Source: a virus (taxonomy: Duplodnaviria > Caudoviricetes). From it: DNA of 64,000 nucleotides. The DNA lies in IMG/VR virus record IMGVR_UViG_3300043101_000190, positions 36,424-100,423 of that record; one strand, 5' to 3'. Made by a program: the position numbers and the translations under genes. A model generated the notes under the pieces. That model did not search any database, had not been told where the DNA came from, and saw only the letters and a program-made list of their open reading frames with translations. Numbering within the stretch: position 1 is the stretch's first letter; every line of letters starts with the position of its first letter. Of this stretch, positions 1 to 9,075 are shown one piece after another.

Positions 1-77
1 TGCCCAAGATGTTTTAATATATTTAAAATGTTAGAGGGGAAAGCTTATGTGGTTTATTATTAATAAAGGTGAATTAT

Positions 78-362
78 ATGAAAAGATTAGTTAAAGCTTA
101 TTGTTCTATTGATTTTAATAATGATGTGCAAGAACATATTGTTACTGATGATAAAAGGTTCGATAATGAATATATAGTGATGGCAAAATTAATATTAACA
201 AGAATCCCTATTTTACCTACAAATGAACGAGTTTTAAGATTAGCACAAGATATAGAAAATGGTAAATTTGATGATTTACCTGATATTGATGATAACTTAA
301 ATTTATGGGCAGAAAGAGCAACAGAATTATTAAAAAGCAAAAAGATTTTGTTAGGTGAATAA
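78..362 (+). CDS. hypothetical protein with basic leader (MKRLVKA), possible internal head protein
   Basis: ORF track 69..362; AAAGGTGA SD favours ATG at 78. Confidence 0.6.
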   Translation: MKRLVKAYCSIDFNNDVQEHIVTDDKRFDNEYIVMAKLILTRIPILPTNERVLRLAQDIENGKFDDLPDIDDNLNLWAERATELLKSKKILLGE

Positions 363-364
363 GT

Positions 365-571
365 GTGCAAGAATATGAATTGTTATATAATTATTTAATT
401 AATAAATATAAAGAGTTTTATTTTGATGGAAATTGTTCTGTATATAATATAGAAGACATTGAAAATCTTTATGACAAGAAAAAAGATATAGTTTTAAAAA
501 AGGGGACTATTAGTTTTGTAAAAGAAAATTATGAAAAGATAATTGATAGTAATAAAATAGATTTGTCTTAA
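365..571 (+). CDS. hypothetical protein
   Basis: 68-aa ORF directly after previous stop, AGGTGA upstream. Confidence 0.5.
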   Translation: MQEYELLYNYLINKYKEFYFDGNCSVYNIEDIENLYDKKKDIVLKKGTISFVKENYEKIIDSNKIDLS

Positions 572-608
572 TAGTAATAGTTAAATATATAAAAACAAAT
601 ATTTAACA

Positions 609-623
609 TATTTTTTATAAAAA
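609..623 (+). promoter_or_regulatory. candidate late-promoter/operator motif TATTTTTTATAAAAA
   Basis: Same 15-mer at 3972 and 16120, each 35-38 nt before a head-gene start. Confidence 0.35.
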
Positions 624-646
624 GTAATAAAGGATGGTGATAAGCG

Positions 647-1543
647 TTGTTAATTAAGAATAATACAATTTTTAGAATTGATGATATTTATGAAAACAAG
701 GACGAAATTGTTTTTTATACAAACAAAAAGCCTGATTTCAATATTTTAAGACAATCAAAGACATTAGAAATGAAATATCCTTTGACAAAGACAGCTAAGA
801 TAATAAAAGTTGCACCAAAGGAAGATGATTTCTTATATGTAAGAAATAGAGCTATTTCTGCTGGTAATGTAATTGAAAATCAGGATGGTACAACAACAAT
901 TATACCTATGGATGATTTATATAAAGAATTTGAAAGATATGCACAGACGTGTAGAGGTGCAAATAGTAATGGAGATTTTTTTTCGGACACTGAATTAAAA
1001 GAACACTATAAAACATTTATAGGTAAGCCTGCATTTGTAGACCACGATAATGAGAATATTGAAAATGCTCGTGGTGTAATTATAGATGCAGTATACAACG
1101 AAAAAGGTAACTTTGTAGAGTTATTAAAGGCAGTAGATAAGAAAGCATATCCTGAATTAGCACAGGGAATATCAAGACATTATATAACTGACACTTCAAT
1201 GGGTTGTAGATGCGGTTATTCTATTTGTTCTATATGTGGTAATAAGGCTGTATCAGAAGATGATTTTTGTGAGCATATAATCAATTATAAGGGTTCTACA
1301 TTTAATGGTTTTCCTGTTTGGGAAGATAATAGAGATATTGAATTTTTTGAAGATAGTTTTGTGACAACTGGTGCAGACCCACAAGCTAAGATAATGGAAA
1401 AGGTAGCAAGTAAGAATTATGCTCCTGTTTATAGACATTCAAGAAATAGATATGATAATATAACTAAGGAAACAAATAAGAGAATTTATGTAAATAGAGT
1501 TAATTCATTTGCAGAAGAACTTAAAAATATTCCATGGAGTTAA
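647..1543 (+). CDS. prohead (capsid maturation) protease
   Basis: Motifs NxNGDFF, YKTFIGKPxFVDH, RGxIxDA, TSMGC, CSICGN, CEHI, FFEDSFVxxGADxxAxI typical of large-phage prohead proteases; upstream of capsid genes. Confidence 0.8.
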   Translation: MLIKNNTIFRIDDIYENKDEIVFYTNKKPDFNILRQSKTLEMKYPLTKTAKIIKVAPKEDDFLYVRNRAISAGNVIENQDGTTTIIPMDDLYKEFERYAQTCRGANSNGDFFSDTELKEHYKTFIGKPAFVDHDNENIENARGVIIDAVYNEKGNFVELLKAVDKKAYPELAQGISRHYITDTSMGCRCGYSICSICGNKAVSEDDFCEHIINYKGSTFNGFPVWEDNRDIEFFEDSFVTTGADPQAKIMEKVASKNYAPVYRHSRNRYDNITKETNKRIYVNRVNSFAEELKNIPWS

Positions 1544-1559
1544 AAGGAGAGTATATATT

Positions 1560-2363
1560 ATGAGAAGATTGAGAGTAATGGCAGTAGATAAAGATTCTTT
1601 TACAGACCAGCAATGGACATTCTTAACAGAAACATTAGGGTTAGATGAAAAAACTATTAGTAATTTCAACAATGTTACTTTGTTTTCGGCTTATGCAAAA
1701 GGTAAACTGACAGATGAACAAGTAGATTTTATCTGGAATAAAGTTTCAGAAGGAAGGCGAAATGGTATTACAAATGGATTAAAAAATAACTTTACAGAAG
1801 ACCAAATAAAACTTATGTTAAGTGATAAGTATTCTGATGATATTGCTAGTACATTATTTAATATATTTAAAAATAATCCATCACTTGATGTAAAAGTAGC
1901 AGAGGAAGTTTTAGATTCTATTGTAAAAGATGGCAAAGATTTTAGTTCTAATTCTAATGTTTTAGGTATTGTGATTAAAATGTTCGAAAGTAAGAAAATT
2001 GGTTCTCCATATATTCACGATGCAATTTATTTTTGTAAAGATGAAAATGCAATTTATGCACTTTTTAATGCTTTATTAAATGGAAAAATAGATAATGATG
2101 ATTTTTCGAATATTTATTATTTTGAGCCTGATGAAACAATGGTAAATACTCTTATAAATGCAAAGGAAGCTTTTTCTGGTGCTGGTAGAAATGATATATT
2201 TAAGGGTATAGTGAAGCATGATGAGTTAAAGGTAAATCAAATAAATGAACTTATTAATGCTATTGACAATCCAGAAGAAGAAAATGCACTGATAGAAAAG
2301 TATAAAGTTTTATCAAGAAGAAGTTTAAAAATGAAAAGACTTGGTGGAATGAAAAAGTTCTAA
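1560..2363 (+). CDS. helical-repeat protein with basic termini, paralog of 36276..36959; putative internal virion protein
   Basis: AAGGAG SD then ATG 1560 (MRRLRVMA); FTxxQI repeats; C-term SRRSLKMKRLGG. Confidence 0.6.
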   Translation: MRRLRVMAVDKDSFTDQQWTFLTETLGLDEKTISNFNNVTLFSAYAKGKLTDEQVDFIWNKVSEGRRNGITNGLKNNFTEDQIKLMLSDKYSDDIASTLFNIFKNNPSLDVKVAEEVLDSIVKDGKDFSSNSNVLGIVIKMFESKKIGSPYIHDAIYFCKDENAIYALFNALLNGKIDNDDFSNIYYFEPDETMVNTLINAKEAFSGAGRNDIFKGIVKHDELKVNQINELINAIDNPEEENALIEKYKVLSRRSLKMKRLGGMKKF

Positions 2364-2378
2364 AAGATATATAATGTT

Positions 2379-2407
2379 AAAAAGCCTAATACAATTTAGG
2401 CTTTTTT
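2379..2407 (+). terminator. intrinsic terminator
   Basis: AAAAGCCTAA...TTAGGCTTTT hairpin plus T tract. Confidence 0.7.
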
Positions 2408-2486
2408 CATTTATAAAAATAATAATTTCTTTTATTTTATAGTAAAGTTTTGTTATTAAAAAGTTAAAAATGAGGTGTATTCATTT

Positions 2487-3005
2487 ATGAATAGGAATAT
2501 AAAAAGACTTATTAGACAAGCTGATGATAGTCTTAATAAAATATATAAAAATACTTTTTTGGAGTTAGGAAAAGAAGGTAGAGAAATATTAAGAAGTCTT
2601 GATGAATATAGATATAAAGTAAGTAAATCAAAGGGCATTATAAATAATGATGAAAAAATGGCTAAAAAATTGGAAGAATGTATTGAAGATTTAAATCACG
2701 TATCAGCATATATATATGATTTTGTTTTTGAATTAGAGAATTATGAAATTGTTGATGAAACTGATAGTGCAAAGCAATTAGAATTTTCAAAACCAGAAAA
2801 ACCTGAATTTTCAGAAGATGATGAAGTTTCAGAAAATGAAACTACTGATGAAACAGAGGAAAGCGAGGAAACTGATAATACAGAAGAAACAAATGATGAA
2901 GTAACTGACGAAGTAGAAAATAGTATGCCTGATACAAGTGCAACAGAAGATAAAGAAGAAATTTCACAAGAAGATTTAGATGCTTTGTTCGATGGCGTAG
3001 AATAA
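2487..3005 (+). CDS. acidic head-associated protein (scaffold/internal protein candidate)
   Basis: GAGGTG SD; basic leader KRLIRQA; very acidic C-terminal half. Confidence 0.55.
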   Translation: MNRNIKRLIRQADDSLNKIYKNTFLELGKEGREILRSLDEYRYKVSKSKGIINNDEKMAKKLEECIEDLNHVSAYIYDFVFELENYEIVDETDSAKQLEFSKPEKPEFSEDDEVSENETTDETEESEETDNTEETNDEVTDEVENSMPDTSATEDKEEISQEDLDALFDGVE

Positions 3006-3031
3006 TAAAAATTGAAAGGTGGCAAAAAAGA

Positions 3032-3952
3032 ATGAAAATTAAAAAGATAAGTAATGAAAATAAAGTAAAAACATATAAAGTAAATATTTTATTAAATCAA
3101 AATGAACAGGATGGTTTTTTTGTTGGTGATAAAGTTCTTAATAAAGAATGTAATTTGAATGGTAAAATAACTAAAATCGATAATAATACTATTTTTGTTA
3201 CTTATGAAGATAAGACTGTTGAAAGAATAAGAAAAAGTAATGCTAATGAAGTTTTGAGTTATGTTGATGATGTTCAAACTGTTATTAGTCCTATGTCACC
3301 CCAAATATCAAATAAAGTTGTTACTAAAGCAATAGATAATTTATCTAAAGCTGGTGAAATTTTTAATGATGAAGAAGTAAAAATAGATAAAAGAAAAATG
3401 AGAATAAACGCTGAATATGAAAACTATAAGAATAATAAGGAAGAAAACGAAAAGGAAAAAAATATAACAGATATAATCAATTTAGGTATTTCTAAAGGAC
3501 TTATAGATAAAGATGAGTTTGAAGTTGAAAAGGTAAAACTTTCAATGATGGGTGAAAGAGATTTTGAAGAATATAAGGATAATATTTTAAGCTTTAATAG
3601 TAAATCTGTTGTTACTTCTTTAAAAGAAGATGAAGAAGATGAACAATTAACAGAAGGCGAAAAAATGTTAAAGAGAATAAAGAACGGTGAAAATTTAGTT
3701 GCTTCTAATATGGATTTTGAAAAGTTTTCTGGTGGTAGTAATGAATCAAGAAGTTTAGAGAATATTGCAAGTTATAATACTCCATATACACCACCTAAGC
3801 AATATGCTCAAAGTCAATTTCAAACACAAGGTTTTTCTCAATATCAACAGCAACCGATAATAAATAATTTATCTAATGCAAGAGAAGCAATGAGTTTTGA
3901 TAAGAACTCTTGGATGGGAGAATTAGATTGGACTGTGTTAAGTAGAAACTAA
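3032..3952 (+). CDS. putative head scaffold/assembly protein
   Basis: 306-aa ORF between protease and capsid genes; charged/coiled-coil segments. Confidence 0.45.
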   Translation: MKIKKISNENKVKTYKVNILLNQNEQDGFFVGDKVLNKECNLNGKITKIDNNTIFVTYEDKTVERIRKSNANEVLSYVDDVQTVISPMSPQISNKVVTKAIDNLSKAGEIFNDEEVKIDKRKMRINAEYENYKNNKEENEKEKNITDIINLGISKGLIDKDEFEVEKVKLSMMGERDFEEYKDNILSFNSKSVVTSLKEDEEDEQLTEGEKMLKRIKNGENLVASNMDFEKFSGGSNESRSLENIASYNTPYTPPKQYAQSQFQTQGFSQYQQQPIINNLSNAREAMSFDKNSWMGELDWTVLSRN

Positions 3953-4008
3953 TATATATATTTATATATTGTATTTTTTATAAAAATGAAAAAGGTGGTA
4001 ATTTTATT

Positions 4009-4359
4009 ATGAATAGAATTAAGACAAGAATGAAGAAGATTGCAAAGCTTGATAAGATGAAGAAGTTTGCTTTTGGTGAAAGTGTTTCAGAAGTATATGA
4101 GGAAATCAAGGATGATATCGAACACGCTAATAGAAATAGAGATGTAGAAAGAATCTATTTTGATACAGATAATGGCGATGGTGAGTGGTTCTATATTGTT
4201 GAGGGTGATACAGATAAATTTACAGTAATCGTTGCTCAGAATGATGAGGATGGTTATACTTCAACAAATAAGTTTGAACTTTCACAAGAAGAATTCTTAG
4301 ATATGTCAAAGGATGATTTTGAAAGAGAAATAAATGAAGCTATTTATTATGCAGAGTAA
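4009..4359 (+). CDS. small acidic protein with basic leader, putative internal head protein
   Basis: MNRIKTRMKKIA..KMKKFA leader, acidic body, codon usage like the capsid gene. Confidence 0.6.
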   Translation: MNRIKTRMKKIAKLDKMKKFAFGESVSEVYEEIKDDIEHANRNRDVERIYFDTDNGDGEWFYIVEGDTDKFTVIVAQNDEDGYTSTNKFELSQEEFLDMSKDDFEREINEAIYYAE

Positions 4360-4372
4360 TAATTAAAATGTT

Positions 4373-4403
4373 AAAACGGTAGTATTAATTACTACCGTTT
4401 TTT
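4373..4403. terminator. bidirectional intrinsic terminator
   Basis: AAAACGGTAGTA-TTAAT-TACTACCGTTTT between convergent genes. Confidence 0.75.
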
Positions 4404-4421
4404 GTATGTAAAAAATATATG

Positions 4422-4556
4422 TTAAACTATGTATAAAACAAAAAAATGTATGAAAGCTTTTAAGATTAAATATAACATTAGAATATCAACGCAAACACTA
4501 GCAATGCTATCGCCACCCTCTTTTTCAAATAAAAATTTAAGTATTTTTTCTTTCAT
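4422..4556 (-). CDS. 44-aa hydrophobic membrane peptide (not in ORF track)
   Basis: AAGGAGG SD, ATG at 4556, MKEKILKFLFEKEGGDSIASVCVDILMLYLILKAFIHFFVLYIV*, consensus promoter upstream. Confidence 0.7.
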   Translation of the reverse strand: MKEKILKFLFEKEGGDSIASVCVDILMLYLILKAFIHFFVLYIV

Positions 4557-4584
4557 AAAAAATCCTCCTTTGTGCATTTTGTAT

Positions 4585-4613
4585 ATTATATCATATTTTT
4601 AATTATTTGTCAA
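4585..4613 (-). promoter_or_regulatory. sigmaA/sigma70 consensus promoter
   Basis: Minus strand TTGACA-17 nt-TATAAT with extended TG. Confidence 0.85.
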
Positions 4614-4688
4614 TGTTCTATTTCACTTTATGATTTTTATTTAAAAAGTAAAACATTTATTATTAAAAAGAATAAGGAGATAGGTAGT

Positions 4689-5102
4689 ACGAAAAGATTA
4701 GTTAGAAAGGCAAATAAGAAATTAACAAAGATTTCTTTTAGTGAATTAGTATCTATAACAGAAGTTTTTGGATTGGTTACAAGAAGATTGTAGAAATGCT
4801 AAAGAAAATAACAATACAAAAAAGATTTTTATTGATACAGAAAGTGCGATGGTAAATGGTTTATTTTTGTTGAGGGTGATACAGATAAATTTACAGTGAG
4901 TGTCATTCAGGATATTTTAATTGATGAAAATAATGATGAATTTACTTATGATGAAGTAGAAGAAGTTTTTTCTGATAAATATGAAGATGCAACCCGTAGT
5001 AATAATTTTACTCTTACAGGTGAAGAAGTTTTAAAGATGACAGAAAAAGAATTTAAAGATAAGCTTAATGAAGCACGTTATTATGCTACTACTTCTTATT
5101 AA
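4689..5102 (+). pseudogene. decayed paralog of 4009..4359
   Basis: SD then ACG instead of ATG (KRLVRKA leader), two frameshifts, 31-bp identity 4867-4897 vs 4196-4226 (VEGDTDKFTV). Confidence 0.7.
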
Positions 5103-5452
5103 AATATTTAAAAGAGAGTATTAATTACACTCTTTTTTCTTGACGAATATATTTATCCTATCGTTATATTTAATAATTAAAAATATATTACATTATTAAA
5201 TTAAAACAATTTAGAAAGTTTTTTAAAAATCTTAGTTATATAAATAATTTCCTTATGTATTTATAAATCGAAGATGTATTAAAAACAAGTAAATTTAGTT
5301 TAATTGATTTATTTTAATATATTACAAATCTGATTTTAAATCAGTAGGTACAAATATGAGTGCCTTATAAATAGTATAAAAGACAATTTATTGTTATCAT
5401 ATAAAAAATAAAAAAATAATGATTATAAAGAATTTCGGAGGTGTATGTAACT

Positions 5453-6007
5453 ATGGCAGTAGCTGGTGGTTATAAGGTATTCGGACCTACATATAATTCA
5501 ACAAAGTATGTAAGATTTGGTCACGAAGGTACAGTAAATAGTTTACATGAAATTGATGATGCTTTAGTACCAACAAAGTCAGAGTTAATTGATATTGAAA
5601 ATGAGAAGCAGTTCCAACTTGCAGGTAAGATTGTAGGTCTTACAGAAGAAGGTAAGGTTACACTCGCAAGTAGTGATGTAGCTCCTGTTGGTCTTGCAGT
5701 TGATGATTTAGGTGATGTTGCAAACTCATCTAACAAGGTTTCATTCTATTTCCGTGGTGGCGAGTATTATATCGCTGTTTCAAGAATGGGTGATAAAGCA
5801 ACAGAACTTAAGCCTGGTACAGCTCTTACAGTAAAGAGTGATGGTATACTTGAAGAAGCTTCTGAAGGTGATACAGTAGTAGCAGTAGTAACAAAGGCAG
5901 CAGATGTATATACAACAGGTAATATGTATACTTATGCTGATACAACAAGTGATGCTTATGCAGATGCTAACGGTGGTTTATTCGTTGGTATCTCTTTAAG
6001 AATTTAA
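5453..6007 (+). CDS. capsid decoration/cement protein
   Basis: Immediately upstream of MCP; GxxVxL..G..LA..PVGLA and LKPGxxLTV..DG.L pattern of head decoration proteins. Confidence 0.6.
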   Translation: MAVAGGYKVFGPTYNSTKYVRFGHEGTVNSLHEIDDALVPTKSELIDIENEKQFQLAGKIVGLTEEGKVTLASSDVAPVGLAVDDLGDVANSSNKVSFYFRGGEYYIAVSRMGDKATELKPGTALTVKSDGILEEASEGDTVVAVVTKAADVYTTGNMYTYADTTSDAYADANGGLFVGISLRI

Positions 6008-6024
6008 TGAGGAGGTAATTTAAT

Positions 6025-6957
6025 ATGGCTATGACAAACGAACAGAAAGAATATTTAATTGCCAAGGCATTAGAAACTGATGAAGGCAGAGCAGCCCTTG
6101 CAAGTGCTATGGCAAACCCAATTAGACAGTCTCTTGACTATCAGGGTATTGGTAGAAAGTTATTGGTTGTAGACCCACTTCCACAGGGTGCTCTTCCAGT
6201 TTATGATAAGGATGTAGATGCTAAGGCATTCGTAGTTCCTAAGAGAGGTTCTGCACCTGACCAGATTGTTGAGGGTGACAGAATTCAAGTTCCTACATTT
6301 GAGATTGTAGCTTATCCACAGATTAGATTCTCTCAGGTTAAGGAAAGAAGATTTAATGTTATTGACAGAGCACAGCAGAGAGCTAAGTCTGACATTATGG
6401 CAGTTGAGGATTCAACAGTATTCACACTTCTTGATGCAGCAGCTGCTGGTCAGGTAGTAACAGCTGTTGATGAGGATGGTAAGGCAGTTGCTTCAAGACT
6501 TACAAGAGAACTTCTTACAGATGCTTTCAGAAATATTGAGCAGCACGACTTAGTAGCTACTAAGGTAGTTATGAACGCAGTTGCTTTTGCTGATATCAGA
6601 GCTTGGGGTAGAGATGACTTCGACCCAGTAACACAGCATGAGGTTCTTCAGACAGGTCTTTTTGGTCATCTTTGGACAGCAGATATTCTTGTATCAAAGA
6701 TGTGTCCTGGCAACAAGGTATTCGTTCTTGCTGACCCTGAATTTGTTGGTGTTATGCCTATTCGTCAGGATATTCAGGTTATTCCTGCTGATAAGCCTGA
6801 GAATCTTAGACTTGGTTGGGTTATCTATGAGGAAATCGGTGTAGCAGTTGTTAATGCTATGGCAGTTTCTATGATTGACCTTGCACCTGCTGATGAAACA
6901 GCTACTGATGGTGGCGAAGCAGTTTCTAACTTAAAGTTTGATAATGCAACACTTTAA
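6025..6957 (+). CDS. major capsid protein (HK97 fold, Bxz1-like family)
   Basis: PIRQSLDYQGIGRKLLVVDPLPQGALPVYD, EGDRIQVPTFEIVAYPQI, IMAVED motifs; strong codon bias; GGAGG SD; terminator after. Confidence 0.85.
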   Translation: MAMTNEQKEYLIAKALETDEGRAALASAMANPIRQSLDYQGIGRKLLVVDPLPQGALPVYDKDVDAKAFVVPKRGSAPDQIVEGDRIQVPTFEIVAYPQIRFSQVKERRFNVIDRAQQRAKSDIMAVEDSTVFTLLDAAAAGQVVTAVDEDGKAVASRLTRELLTDAFRNIEQHDLVATKVVMNAVAFADIRAWGRDDFDPVTQHEVLQTGLFGHLWTADILVSKMCPGNKVFVLADPEFVGVMPIRQDIQVIPADKPENLRLGWVIYEEIGVAVVNAMAVSMIDLAPADETATDGGEAVSNLKFDNATL

Positions 6958-6980
6958 TTCTTAAATTAAAGTTTATATAA

Positions 6981-7019
6981 AAGAGGGAGGTACTAAAAAT
7001 TTAGTACCTTTCTTTTTTT
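6981..7019 (+). terminator. intrinsic terminator after capsid gene
   Basis: AGGTACTAA...TTAGTACCT hairpin plus long T tract. Confidence 0.75.
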
Positions 7020-7060
7020 ATTTTTTCTTATATTTTATTTATATGTAATAAGAAAGTGAA

Positions 7061-7900
7061 GTGATTGTAATGTTTTATACTTTTAATGATGAACCGCATT
7101 TTTATCAAAATTTCGTTAAAGAAAATATATCTTTATTGGGTAAAATACTTATTGTTAAAGAACAATTAAATATTAATAATAAGTTTTTTATTGATATTTT
7201 GGCTTTAGATAGAACTAATAATAAAATTATTATAATAGAATTGAAAAATGCAGGTAAGAAATTTAAGATAATTGACCAAATAATTACTTATTATGATTTA
7301 ATAATTAAATCTAATATAGAGGAATTGCTTGATGAATTTATTGAAAAAAATAATTTAAATATTTCTACTTTAGATGTTGACCTTACTCCAAGTATTTTTG
7401 TTGTAACTCCTGATTTTAATGAACAAATGCTTCAAAATTTTAATTATATAAATATTCCTAATATAAAATTGATTAAAATGAATTTAATACAAAATGATAA
7501 TTCTTTTGAAGTTGTAAAAGAAGAATATAATCCTAAAGATATTATTGCTGATAATAAAGTAAAAACAGAAATAGAAAAAGAATATACCATTAATGATTAT
7601 ACAGTAAATATTGAAGCAAAAAGATTGTTACAAAGTCTATTGAATTATTTAAATTATGTTTACAAATGTAGTAATTTTTTTTACAAAGATAAAATTACTG
7701 TTTATTTGGATAAAAATTGGCTTATGCAAATAAATGTTTCTCAAAATAAAGTCTATTTAACATTTAAGGAAAAACAAATAATAAAAAATAATTTATTATA
7801 TAATCATGAAATAACTTCCTATAAATTACTTAAGGATAAGATTAAAATAGAAATAAATAAAATTCCTGTTGAAACAATAAGAAGCTTAATAAATGATTAA
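7061..7900 (+). CDS. PD-(D/E)XK nuclease (NucS/EndoMS C-terminal-like)
   Basis: E..IDILALD..IIIIELK..QIxxY motif. Confidence 0.6.
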   Translation: MIVMFYTFNDEPHFYQNFVKENISLLGKILIVKEQLNINNKFFIDILALDRTNNKIIIIELKNAGKKFKIIDQIITYYDLIIKSNIEELLDEFIEKNNLNISTLDVDLTPSIFVVTPDFNEQMLQNFNYINIPNIKLIKMNLIQNDNSFEVVKEEYNPKDIIADNKVKTEIEKEYTINDYTVNIEAKRLLQSLLNYLNYVYKCSNFFYKDKITVYLDKNWLMQINVSQNKVYLTFKEKQIIKNNLLYNHEITSYKLLKDKIKIEINKIPVETIRSLIND

Positions 7901-7915
7901 AGGAGTTGTTACCTT

Positions 7916-8068
7916 TTGGATTATTTAAATGAATGTGATATAATGATTAAGTTGTTAGAAAGTCAATTAAATGCTTTAAAAGTTCACGCAAATGAAATAG
8001 AAAAAATGATTGAAAGAAATACGGACGAGAGTATTATAAAAGAATATTACGAAAAGAATGTTTTGTAA
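7916..8068 (+). CDS. 50-aa coiled-coil hypothetical protein (not in ORF track)
   Basis: AAGGAG SD, TTG start, MDYLNECDIMIKLLESQLNALK... Confidence 0.55.
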   Translation: MDYLNECDIMIKLLESQLNALKVHANEIEKMIERNTDESIIKEYYEKNVL

Positions 8069-8091
8069 ATTAAAAAGAAAGGATTTTTATA

Positions 8092-8964
8092 ATGAGTTTA
8101 AAAAAAGTTTTAAATGTAGATTGCCCTTATAAAGAAGTAGAATGTGAGTCTGAAAGTTGTTCTTGCTATAAATATACAGCGTGGAGAAATGCTAATAATG
8201 AACAAAAATTGGAAGAATTTATAACTTCTTTGGATTGTGATTATCATTGTGATGATACGTTAAAAATTCTTATGGCAATTGAAAAAGAAAAATTAAATAG
8301 TTTTATTTTTAATGAAGATAATACTTTAATAACAGATAAAATTATAAGTGATTTTATAACTCATATTGAAATGAATATTAGTAATGTAAGAAAACATTTG
8401 AATTATTTTTTTCATTGTAATATAATTACAAATAATAAGGAGTTAATAAAAGATTTGTTTAATTTATTTATTTCAATTATAGATTTATATGTTATTTCAG
8501 AATATAGTTTTGATGAAATAAAAAAATTATATTTCTTAACTTATTCTGAAAATATAATTGATGTTTATGATATTATTAAATATGCTTATGAAAAGCAAAG
8601 TACTAATAAAAGATTATCTTGTATAGAAAATGTAAGTGAAATAGTAGATGCTATTAAAACAAATGATTTGTTTTCTGAGGAAGAAGAAAAAGAAAACAAT
8701 AGTTCATTTAACACACATAATATAAATATGCTTATATTATTAACTTACTTATCTGATTGTTGTTCTAATATAAGAAACGCAATACATTGGGAAAGCTACA
8801 AAGAACAAGAGAATACTAAGAATACTCCTTGTTTTGAAGTATTATTACACGATATAATAAATATTTTTATTTCAATTGGTTATAATTCAAATATGTTGAC
8901 ATTAGATTTAATAAAAATTGGTGCGGAACAATTATTGAGAGAACAATATAAAAACGAAATTTAA
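8092..8964 (+). CDS. hypothetical protein with Cys-rich N-terminus
   Basis: 290-aa ORF with AAAGGA SD. Confidence 0.6.
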   Translation: MSLKKVLNVDCPYKEVECESESCSCYKYTAWRNANNEQKLEEFITSLDCDYHCDDTLKILMAIEKEKLNSFIFNEDNTLITDKIISDFITHIEMNISNVRKHLNYFFHCNIITNNKELIKDLFNLFISIIDLYVISEYSFDEIKKLYFLTYSENIIDVYDIIKYAYEKQSTNKRLSCIENVSEIVDAIKTNDLFSEEEEKENNSSFNTHNINMLILLTYLSDCCSNIRNAIHWESYKEQENTKNTPCFEVLLHDIINIFISIGYNSNMLTLDLIKIGAEQLLREQYKNEI

Positions 8965-8974
8965 TATAAAATAT

Positions 8975-9007
8975 AGGAGAGGATTTTAATAATTCTCTCT
9001 TTTTTTT
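8975..9007 (+). terminator. intrinsic terminator
   Basis: GAGAGGATT...AATTCTCTC plus T tract. Confidence 0.6.
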
Positions 9008-9008
9008 G

Positions 9009-9037
9009 TTGACAAATCATAAAAAAAATGGTATAAT
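9009..9037 (+). promoter_or_regulatory. sigmaA/sigma70 consensus promoter
   Basis: TTGACA(9009-14)-17 nt-TATAAT(9032-37) with extended TG. Confidence 0.85.
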
Positions 9038-9075
9038 TGCATTGTGTAAAATGTTTAATGATTGAGGTGAATACG

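Noticed and set aside
4422-4556. Flp/type IV prepilin assignment for the 44-aa peptide
   Set aside because: FxxExxG resemblance only; the conserved Glu at +5 is absent.
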